From the IMG/VR virus record IMGVR_UViG_3300033552_000006, positions 1 through 58,643 of that record: a stretch of 58,643 nucleotides of DNA; one strand, given 5' to 3'. The notes beneath the pieces were generated by a model. It was not told where the DNA came from. It saw nothing but the letters and a program-made list of their open reading frames with translations, and did not search any database. Both the position numbers and the translations under genes were made by a program. Of this stretch, positions 39,516 to 51,500 are shown one piece after another (positions within the stretch are counted from its first letter, which is position 1; each line of letters opens with the position of its first letter). This DNA is from a virus. Its lineage: Duplodnaviria; Caudoviricetes.

Positions 39516-42500
39516 ATGGGAAAGATTTTTAAAAGCAACAATTTAGATCCTGCGGGAGTAAACATTCCTACTGCAGAACAAAATCAAGCAGAGTTCTTAG
39601 ATATGCAAAGCAAAAGTCAAGAAAATATTGACATGCAAACGGCTGACTATTTAGCTAAAGAAAAAAAGAAACAGTACGGTGATATCAATGCCGCTACACA
39701 AGATTCAGGAATGGCCGGCATGCAAGAAGAATTTCAAGGCATGGCTGGAACTGAAACTGCAATACAGAATCAAGACCAAAGCCAATTACCTAAAGCCTAC
39801 AATATGGATGATATCCATAGAAACTGGCTTGGGCAAACAGGAGAGTCTTTTATGAAAGGACTTGGCGATACTGTTATTGGCAGTACAGGTGATTTACTAA
39901 ATTTTGCTACTGCTCCGCTAGATGGTTTTACTATGCTTGAAGGAAATATACTTGGTAATGCTTTAAGAGAATATGGAGATGAAATGGCTGACGAGCATAC
40001 TACATTTCTTAAAAAGAAATTAGAAGGTCAAGAACTTACTTGGGGTTCTTTAGCTGATCCTGATTTTTGGAGTACTAACGTAGCTGAAATGATTCCAATG
40101 GCTTTGGAGTTTATGGTAACAGGTTTTGGTGCGGGAGCCGCTGCAAAAAAAGGAGCTGGATTTTTTGTTAAATCATTAGGCACTGAAGCTAGATTATTAA
40201 AAGCCATGCAAACATCAACTGATGTTGCAGAAGGTTTGGCCGGAAGCGGTAGACTTGTAAAAGATATCATAGGAACTGGTAAAGGAATTAAAGACTTTAG
40301 TCTTGCCAAGTATCTTACCCGAAATGTTGATGGCGTTCTTGAAATGTCAAAGTTCAGTAAAGAATTTGCGGGCGCTGCTGGTGCGGGTGCTGCAAACAAT
40401 TTACTTACAGGTGCAGTAAATGGAATGGAAGCTCATAGAGAAATGGTTTCTCAAAATGAACAAGATATAGCCAAAGGAATAGCACCTCGCTATACAGAAG
40501 ACGAAATGGCACAAGTTGCTACAGGAACTTTTACAAGAAATATGCTTTATGCTCCAATGGATATGATTTCTTGGGGATTGAGTTATGGCAAAGCCGGAGA
40601 AAAATTAATGGCGGGAATGTCTAAAAAAATGGTTTTAAAACCTGCTGAAGAAATAGCCAAACAAACTGCCGCTTCTTTTACTAAATCTACTTTCCCATTA
40701 GTAAAAGGAATTATGGGTGCTGCAGGTCATGGATTCATGGAAGGAGCAGAAGAAACTTTCCAAGAAACTTATGAAGAATGGGCAAGGCTAAAATCCAGAG
40801 AAAAACACTTAGGAGAAAAAGCTCCTGACTATTGGGATTTTTATTTCTCTAAAGAAAACAAAAATACTAAAGTAGCTTCTTTTGCTATGGGCGCTCTTAT
40901 GGGTGGAGCAATGAATCTTAACTTCAAAAAAGCTGCCGAAGAAGGATTAAATTACAGAGATCGTTCCGAAGTATTAAGAGCTACTATTGATGTTAATGAC
41001 AAAGGTGGACAAAATGCTAAAACGTATCACATCAGAAATCAAATGATTGACTTATTGCATGATGATAAGGTTGAGCATTTTGATGCTTTTATGTCATCGT
41101 TATTAGCTAAAGGAACTATTGATGAAGAACAGCTTAATGAATACACCAAAGAATTTCAAGAAGTAAGTGTTGATTATAATGCTGCTGCTAATTTGAACGT
41201 AGCCGGTAAATATGCTTTGGCTGAGAACACCATTAAAGCAAAATCATTGTCACGATTTATCGAAAATGAAAAAGCTTCTTATGCTGAAAAGCAAGCTTCC
41301 CTTAAAGAAAATTTTGATGGAGAAGAAAACAACGCTGTCTTGCACCAGGAACAACTTCAAGAATTGGCTGATTTAGAAAATACAATGGCCGAGGCAGAAA
41401 ATCCTATTACAGCTGAAAAAATAAAGCACATCAAAGAAAGTATTGCTGAGCATAAAAATTCTCCAGTACAAGCGCAGTATGCTAAATTAGAATCGGAACA
41501 CAACCAACAAGTGGAAATGTTGAGTTTAAATTTAGCAATGGCTAATGCTAATAGAATGAATCTTATTTCAGGAAAATCGGCAACGCCTTTGAATATTAAA
41601 TTCTGGAAAAATTCAAATGGAGTAGAACAAGTTTTTATTACTGAGGATTCTAAAGAATATTACGAAGAAGGATTTAGTTATTCCAATGAAAATAAAAACG
41701 ATCCTAATTTAAAAGATAAAAAATCAATGTCTGAGGGTGACTTGCAATCGTTCCAAGCAGAAGGTGATGTTCTTGCTGGATTGTCTGATAAACAATACGA
41801 ACAATTTGTCAACATGAGTTCTGAAGAAGTTTTTGAAAGTGCTAAACGCAACCACGAAAACATGCTTAAAAACGCAAGCAAAGAAACTATTAAAATTTAT
41901 GACAAGATAATGGGCAAAGGCAAAGAGCTTGTCGGAAAAGTTAAAGCTAAACTAGATGCTAATGGCAACCCTGTTCTTGATGAAGAAGGGAATCCTGTTA
42001 TGGAGCCGGACACTGCAGAAACAACTCCTACTTCAACAAAACCTATCAATCCTAATATTTCTCCAAGTGGTGAAGAAAATGCTTATGAAAAAGCATATCA
42101 AGAAGGTGGTTTAGAAACTGCTAAGGAAGCTGAGGCTAGAAAAATTGCTGAAGAAGAAGCTAAGTTTAAAGAAAAACAAAGTACAGAGCCTAAAACTAAA
42201 GAACAACAAATTGAAGATTTTTTCAAAGGAATGAACGCTGATGAAGGTGCTCAAAAAAAAATGAAAGAATATGCAGAACGTTTGGCCAACGGTGAATCAG
42301 AAGAAAAAGTTTTTGAAGGAATAAATCTTGATGGAGCTATAGCAAATGGTACCAGAGAATATTTAAATATAATTCAAGATTCTCAGATTGATGAAAATTT
42401 AAATCAAAAACCGACTTACAGTGTTGTTAAAGACAAAGTTACCGGAAAGTATTCTTTAGTTGATACGGTAACTGGCGAGCCGCACCCTAACGGTAAAACA

Positions 42501-45500
42501 TACACTACTTCTATATCTGCTAAAAAAGATTTGGGTAACGCTTCTGTTGTTGGCACTGTTGTCAAAGGTGCTTGGACAGGAACCAAAGGCGCTGTTAAAT
42601 TAGCGGGCAAAGGGTTAAAGTATGCTGCTAAAACAGGTCGTGGAATTGCCAAAGAAGGTGGCGAAATTATAGAAAAAACTCAGGAAGAAATTCAAAATGC
42701 ATTAGACCAAAAAGCTAAAGAGAAAGCCAATACGCAAAACGTCAATCAGGATGCCATGCGTAAGAAAATCATGCATGATGCTTATTACAGTTCCTCTGCC
42801 AGAAACATTGCCAACAATCCTAATGCTGCTGTTTCTAAACAAGAATTAGATGCTTACCTTGATACTAAAATAGCGGCGTTCAAATGGGGGCCAAGAGCCA
42901 TCGAAGAACAGTACACTATCAATAGAATCTTAAAAGCAAAAGGTATTGATGTTAATGTTGTAATTGCCCAAAATCTATTTTCTGCAGTAGGCACCCATGC
43001 AGTAGGTTATGCATTGGCAAGTACTATTTATATTGATGAAAAGGTTTGGAATCAACCAGCTGTATTTATGCATGAAATGTCACATATTCATTACCAACTT
43101 ACTCAAAATACTCCGGCTACAAAAGCAGTAGTAGAATTTGCTAGAAGGGATGCTAAATTGGTGGAAAAAGTAGAACGTTTATATGCTACTAAAGTAATCT
43201 ATGAATCAGAAGGTAAAAAATTTACCCTTGAAACATTCTTAAATGATATTGGCGGACAAGAAGCTTATCAAGACGTAATAGATGAACATGGAATGGAAGC
43301 GTTTTTAGCAGATATTGGTATCACCAAAGCGCCTGATTCAGAACAGTCAGTAATCAATGAGGAATTGTTCACTCATACTCTTGAAGGCCCAATGGCTAAA
43401 AATTTCAACCAAGCCTTAGAACCTATTCGTGAAAGAGGTAGAAAAATAGAATCTAAAAAATGGTGGAGTTGGTTAAAAGGAAACCAAGTTACTTTTGAAC
43501 CATTTGCTTTGGATGTTGCTGAAAAATTAAACAAAGGAGTTGCAATAAACCGTAACGATTTGTTTGAACACGTTATGAGTAAGTTTTCAGAAGAAGTGGC
43601 TAAAAAACCAAAGTCAGCGTTTACTGCTTCCGGGCATGCTTCTATTGTGGACATGCAACAAGCTAATGCTATAGCAAACCATCAAAGAATTACTGCTTCT
43701 AAAATTGAGCAAAGACAATCTTACGATGCCGAAGAAGCTAAGAAAAAAAACAGAGCAACTACCTATGCTAGACTGGCTCAGAAAATCAAAGCGGATATTA
43801 ACATCAGCATGAAAGATATGTCCGAGTTGGAACGTAGAAACGAAACAGAATTCCAATTGGAAGAACTGGAAAACTCTATGTTGGAAGAAGGGGCTTTCGA
43901 TGATTACGAATTAGCCAAGTCTGTTCAGTTTAGGGGAGCAACTAGAATACTGAACAGCTTTACCAAAAGTTTGAATTATGTGAAACGCCAACGTTTTGCA
44001 GCAGCCGATGGTATCGCTTCTGATTTTAATGAAGATGATTTGTTAGATAGAGACGCGTTAATTTCAGAGTTCTATAGTCTTGCCTTTGAACACAAAGGAA
44101 ACACTAATGGATTTATAGATTCTATCGAAACCAGTCAAGTGGAAGAAGTGTATCAGTTCAATCAGTACATGGAGAAAATGCACCCGGGAGAGAAACATAT
44201 GTACTTGAGTTCTATGGCTCACGTAATGGCAAACACTCAAACCATAAGTGCTATCAAAAGTGTAGTTACCGCTGATGGGAAATGGGAAACAGTCAATGCT
44301 CTATCCGAAACAGAAAACCATAAGGTTCAAAACCACATGGCTAAAATGGAACGTGATGAAAATTTACATTACAACCATAAAACGGACGAAAATGCATCGC
44401 TTCCAGTTCAGAATTATCAGTACTTTATTGATGCCTACAATGACATCAAATCAGGTAATCAAAATGATGAAAGCTATTTAGGAATCCTAAGAATGATTGC
44501 TCCAACAGGAACTAAGTTTTCGGCCTTGATCAACAACCAAACTATCAACATGAAAGGGCACAATATCAATGTGAGAGTTCTTATTGATAAAATGGTAAAA
44601 TCCAAAGTGGCCGAAAATGAAAACGGTAAAATTGCAGTGTACAAACTAAAACCGTTCATTGAAGCCATTGTAGACAGTAACCGTAAATTCACTTCGTATT
44701 CTGTAATCCAGAATGCTGAGGGGAACATGGAACCAAGCAAGATTACCAACAATCATTTATTGTCAGAGATTAATGCTATGAATGAGTTTCTTGTCAAAGA
44801 CGCAAAAGGCAATTTCCCGACCTTTAAATCATTTAAGGAAAGATATTCCCATTTGTCTGACGCTTCCAACAGAACGCATGAAAACCCTGTTTTAAGAGGT
44901 ATCTACGATAATGCTAAAAGCAATACTGCTAGACCTTCTTTAACTCAGTATGCTGGACTTACGCACTTGCAGAACGGAGCTAACTCTTTGTATAAAAACT
45001 CAACTGACTTTGCTCAGACTATTGAGGATTTTATGTTGTTCAGCAAATATACTTCTAAGAACTATGTTCAGACTTTGAGTGCTATGGCTGACAGTCCAAG
45101 AAAGTTCATGATGACAGTTGAACGTATCTTGCACAAAGATGCTTTCAACTCTAAAAATGAATTGACTTTAAAAGGAAAACGTTTGCTTGAATCCTCTTGG
45201 AAAATTTATGATAAATCCAATGAAAATCTTTCTGGAAAAAAGAAAGCAATGACTATGCAAACTCAAGGAGAATTCTTTACCAAGTTTGATCAGTCCGTAA
45301 GCAAGGAAATTGCTCGTTGGAATGAGAATGCTAAAGACCTGATAGCTAACAAAACAATTGAGCCTACTTATTTTACTAACGGAAAGCTTAATGCCAACGG
45401 AGAAAATAAGATACGTGAATTTGTATTGAACCAAACCGTTAATGGAATGGCATTGGCTGAAATATTCAATCCGGGTATTCCTTTTAATGATATCGTAAAA

Positions 45501-48500
45501 CGTAACAAAGGAAACAGTTCTCCTGTAATCACTTTCGGAAACAAGAATCTTAAAATGGAAGCTATTCCAATTGACGATACTAAATCTGAACTTGGTTCTA
45601 ACTCTGGTATGTATATGACTCAAGCTATGGCTCAAAAAATAATTGATGCCGGACTTGGAGTCTTTGATTTGAATCATGGATTAAAATTATTGAACTACCA
45701 TGTAGAGAGAGATAATCCAAATTTTAAAGGAGTATCTGCTTACTTCAAAGGGTACACAACTATAATCTCTGAGGAGACTTTAATCACTGAACCTGGACTA
45801 AAAGGTATTTACCAATTACTTACGGAACGTGAAGAAAAGTACAACGGAGAATATTTCGATAAGTATGGAGTTAGTCCTTCTTTAGATATTACCAATGGGG
45901 AAGAAAACTACATCAACTATGCCGTTCCGTATTCTGCCATTAAAAGCGATTTGTTTTCTGCTGAGCAACAACAATCATTATCAGGTATAACTTATGAAGC
46001 ACTCGAAGCCAATTTATCAGACCACCAAAACAGATTGCAAGGAGACAAAGAAACTGTTACTGAATACGATAAAATGCATGCTGCTTTGGATGCTCTTTAT
46101 TATGGCGATAATGGTTTCATGGGCTTATCTACCAATAATTTTGGGCCACAACAAATAATGGATAAACAAACTGAAGAAGCGGTAACGCCTGTTCAGTTTA
46201 TGTCCTCTGTTATTGTAAACGGAATGGTTGGCAACAACTTAGAAATGGGAGAAGAAATTCAAAAGCTTATCCGTACCGATATGAAGAATAACTTGGACGA
46301 GGTTATCTCTGAATTGGGGAACATGGAACCGGCTAAGTACAAGGCTTTCATCTTAAAGAATTTGGATTTGGAGAATATGGACCAAACCCAAAGGCTTATG
46401 ATTGAAGAATCCCTTACTAATCTTAACCATCCGGCTGTATCTGACTTTATAACTAATACATTAGCCAATAGATTAAAACAAGCCGGAAACAAGCTTAAAA
46501 CAAATGGTAGTGTTGCACAACAAAAACCATCATTACATTTTAAATACGGTAGAGGTAAGAACTATTCTATTAATGGAAGAACAGGACTTGCTGGATTTAC
46601 AGACAGACACAATGCCGATGGTAGTGTAGGAACTATGGTTAATGAAATCGTATTGCCTAAGCACATGAAAGATAAAGTTATCTTCAGACAGTACTTGGAC
46701 GAAAACGATCCTCAAGCTATGCGTATCATAAAAGCAAATGCAGACTTAATGGGTAAGTTTACCAAAGCTACTACCGAAAATGATGCTCAAGCTAAATCTG
46801 ATGTAATGAAACAAGTGGCTTTAATGATTGCACGTTCCAGACATGGACAAGCAAGAACAAAGGGTTCTTACGGGCATGATGTAAATGATTATATCGGAGA
46901 GTTTTACGAAGATGGCGTTGCTAAAGGTTGGTTTGTTCGCGGAGAAAGTGTGATGGGTACTCGTATTCCTTCGCATGGACCAGCATCAACAGGAGTCTTT
47001 GAAGCAGTAGATTATTTGGAAGGAGAAGGAAACCAAACTATTGTATCAGAAGAATTTTCAGATATAGCCGGTTCCGATTACGATGGAGATTCCTTGTTTA
47101 TTCAACGCAAAGGAAAAGAGACGCCAAACTTCAACCAAGCTTTGGAAAAAACAGTTGACTTATGGACTTCTCCGGGAATGAAAAACCAAATCAAAGCTAA
47201 GATTGAATTTGAAAAAGAAGTTGAATCAGTTATCGGTGATCAGAAAGTAGAAAAGCAAATGCCTATGTCTCCGGCTTACCACCGAGAAGCGTACAACAAT
47301 ACCATGATTTCTAAAAGAAATATTGGTATCATTTTCAACACCCACCGTATTGCAAATTACTTGGCGGCTTACAATGTAAAATTGAACAGCCCTATTAATA
47401 TCGATGGAACCAGAGTTGATGCTTTTAGCGATAAGGAAGTAGGACAAGAGAGTAGAAACAATCAATCTGCTATGCTTGCCAATATCATTTTGGATAATAC
47501 CAAATGGGGTTTCGCTGATGCTTTGGGATTAAATGACCAAACTATCAACCAGTACTCTTTACTTACTAACATGGGATTCTCTTTAAAGCAAATCAATGGT
47601 ATCATGAACTCAAAAGCGGTTAAGGTTTGGAACAAGCACCAAGCCAATAACCAAAACCCGTTCGCTACCAAAATGAAAAATGCTGATGTAAAGAAAGCCA
47701 TACTAACGGAATTAGGTATAGACGATTCTAAAGTGAAAGCAATCAGTATTAACACTAGTGCCGATAAGATAAATTCTAAAGAGCAAATGAAGCACATTAT
47801 TCAAATGATGGAGACATTGGAAACCATGAACGCTGATATTTTACATATCTCTAAAATTATGGCAGGCCACAAAGGAATTGAAAACGATCCGTTTGTATTG
47901 GAAAAACAATTGTCGGCATTTGATCAAGTAATCAATTCTGATAAAAACAATGCTTTGCTTACGTTCCCTAAAGCGTTCAGAGATAATCCGGACATTAGTG
48001 CTTATCACGATAATGCTTCTCGCATATTGGAGATTATGAAAAAAGCCAATACCATTTACAATAAATCAACTTCTGAGTTGATTGCTGTACTGGACGAGAA
48101 AATAGGTTTTGATAAAAAACTTAGCAAAAGCCAACAGGAACGTGCTTCAGATATCATCAAAAGATTTACTACTTCCAGAATGTTAGGGTTAAACAACCTT
48201 ACTTCTACGGAGAAGCTTAAAGTAAAAAGACAATTGTTTAAAAACATTCAGGCTTATGAAAAAATGTTGCAAGAAACTAAGCTTCCGGGCAACAGAGGAC
48301 TTACGCAATTGGACAAAAGCGTATTGTTCAACAGAGCATTGAATATCAATATCAAACATGCACCTGGACAAAAAAACAAAACTGAAGGAGCTAAAGTTTT
48401 TGACGAAAAAAGCTATGTGTCAGCAAATCCAAGATTCTTTAATGAAAGCATTACAGAAGAAGATAGAATTGCTGTACAACAAGAGTACAAAGCATTGCCT

Positions 48501-51500
48501 CAAAATATCAAAGATGGATTGCTTACTTTGGATTTAATGAAAAATGGATTAACAGGAAAATTATCTTTGTCAAGTATTTTTGATGAAGGTACTAACCATG
48601 ATATTTCTACTTATGCTGCACATGATAGCAAAACCAAGAACAATCCTATAGATAAAAAAGTGATGGATAAATTAGAAAATCTTATTATCTCTAATGAATT
48701 CAAAACTAGCAAAAGCATTCAAGACGTTAGTGGTACTGTATCTTTTAAAGCGGGAGATAACTTAGTCTCTTACATCAGAACCAACAACAAAATTGTATCT
48801 GATGGATTGCAAAGAGGTAATGGAATGATATTCAAAGTAAATGGCAAGCCCTATATCTACGAAGGTATTTCCAAAGAAGAAAAGGACATGATCCGCCAAG
48901 GAAATCGCGATGCTCAAACACAACAACAAGCTTTTACTACTGCTTTGTTCGGTAAAATAAAACCATACAAAGTTTTTGAAGGAGAGGATATCAATCTGGA
49001 AGCTATTTCTATTCCTGATATTGATGGAAGCAGACCCACTTACAAAAGTAAAAAATCAGAGCAGTCCACTAAAGCGGGCCACATGACTGAAGCTACTGTT
49101 AAGTTTGAATCTACTATAAAAAAAAAAGCTAACGTAGGTAACGCTTCACTTATTGATTACCATAACTACAATGACGTTGCTCCCTTAAATCAAAGGGAGT
49201 TTAACGTTGTTATGGAATACGACCAAACCATTGACGACGAGCAAAAAGAATTAGTTTATAAAACCTATCTCGACGAAAAGAAAGAAGCCAATGACTTAAT
49301 GGCTACCCACAATCAAGAAACTTTTTCCAAAATGACTGATGATAATTTGAGCAAAGCCTATAGCAAATTTGCCCAAAAAGATATGTATGCCTATTCTGTT
49401 ATTACTACACCGCTTATCATGGAACTAGCGAGTCGTATGGGCGTGGAGCAAAGTGCCTTAACAGAACAGTTTGAAGATGGCAAGGATATTAGTCTTATGG
49501 ACAGTTGGCTAAACAACAACAACATCTCCTCCAATCATCCCGTTACCCAAAACCTTGTAAAGAAGCTTGGAGAAGAATACAAAAAATTCGTATTGGAAAG
49601 AGGGAAATATATTAAGAGTATCAATACGGCTACCGATGCACTTTACCAAGAGAAATTTGGGCTTAGCAAAAACAAATATGTTCGTATGGGGCAAAGAGTA
49701 GTACAGTCTTTGGTGAACAATAGAATTGAAGTTTATGAGAAGCTATACGGAAATTTGATAGAGAGGGAAGAAATTATTGATGCCAATGGAACCACAAAGA
49801 AAACTTTGAAGTTTAAAAGTGAAGATACTATAAAAGCTTTGCACAAATCAGGTAAAATCAGTCAGGCTGAAATGGACTTTTATACTGTATTTAGAAAAAC
49901 CACTAATCACTTAAAACAATTTGATGGAAACGATAAAACCCGTAAGGATTATATACCACATACTGCTATGGGTAACTTTGAACAGTTCGCCAATAGAGGT
50001 TTGTTAGGATTAATGGTTAATAGCAAGGGAATTGACAGTGTAATTGAGGACGTAAAAGTATATACAGATATTGGTGGCAAAAAAGAATTAATATCGTTTA
50101 GAGACGCCAAAAATCATTACAATGCTTTGGCTTATTCCAAACAACAAACGCCTAAAGATTTATTGAATTTTGAGAAGTTGAAACGTACTGCTAAAAAATT
50201 GCAAAAAACAGGAAAGAACGAAGATGGTTCTCGTTTGATTTATAGCAATATGCAAAATGAGACTTTGCTTGGAATGAGTCCATTGAGTAGGTTTGCAAGT
50301 TCTCGTTCTAATACTGCCGAAATAATGCCCTCAATGGATTTAAATAAAGCATTAGTGGAATACGTCAACGCAAGTATGTTTACTAATGGAAATGAAAGCT
50401 TCAAAGGGTTCAAAGCTATGATGCCAATGATTGATGGAGTGATGGCTTACAATGAAAAAAACGGATACCAAAATGCGTACAAGTATGTAAAAGAAGTGGT
50501 AAAAGAAGGGTTCATTATGAAAAAAGACCAAATCACTTTCAGCAAAAATACTGATGCTGTAATCAATGGCTTGGTTAAAAGCAATACGATGTATGCTTTG
50601 GGATATAAGGGTATGCTTATAGGGAAAGGGATATATGCCATTGGTAACTTAGCCGTTGGTAAGTACATGAACATAAAAAGGGAAGGTGGAAAGTCTTGGG
50701 CTGTTGGAGAGGCTCGCTATTGGGGAGTGGACAAAGGCATCAGCTTAGATACTTTGGATAGACGTAGGAGAGCAAAAAACATACTTTCCAATTTAGGGTA
50801 TATGGAAGCTGACTTCTACGATGATGTAGATATTGAAGCTAAATCAGGTATCGACAATGTATTTACACAAATGGCTTTACTGCCAATGTCGGTGACTGAA
50901 AATTGGATTCAAAAAAGTCATATGCTTGGAATGCTTACCGATGAAGAGTTTGACAAGTTTGATGAAAAAGGACAATACAAAACGGGGGAAACACAAATTC
51001 AAATGGAGCGTGTTCAGAAACTTGAAGAGCGAGTTAAGAACTCACATGGTAAGGGGTTTAGTCCTACAGACCAAAGTAGAATCCATAGGTATGCAGTAGG
51101 TAAAATGTTCATGCAATTTTCAAGACATTTACCTGTACAAATCAGAGAGCGATTTGCTAAAGAGGATATTGATATGAACGGACAAAAATATATCGGTTCA
51201 TTGAGACAAGTGGGTAAAACAGCTGTTGATATCTTCAACAATCGTATGACTCCTGACAAATTTAAAGAGTACTATGCTGACTTGGAACCGCATCAAAAAG
51301 AAGCGTTGCTTGCTGGACTGAGAGGTATGGCACTTATGACTACTCTTGGAATGATAGCGGGCCATTCTACTGATGCAAGTCAAATGACTTCGGGAACTGA
51401 TGCCTCTAGTGTAGCCAGTGGGGTTATGAGTGATGCAAACATTCACTTTGACTTAGACAGGCTTGGACTTAAAACGATACCCCCTTCGGTACGTTCTGCT

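Noticed and set aside
4241-51446. Numerous antisense ORFs in the six-frame track
   Set aside because: They are shadows of long sense-strand genes with no recognisable motifs
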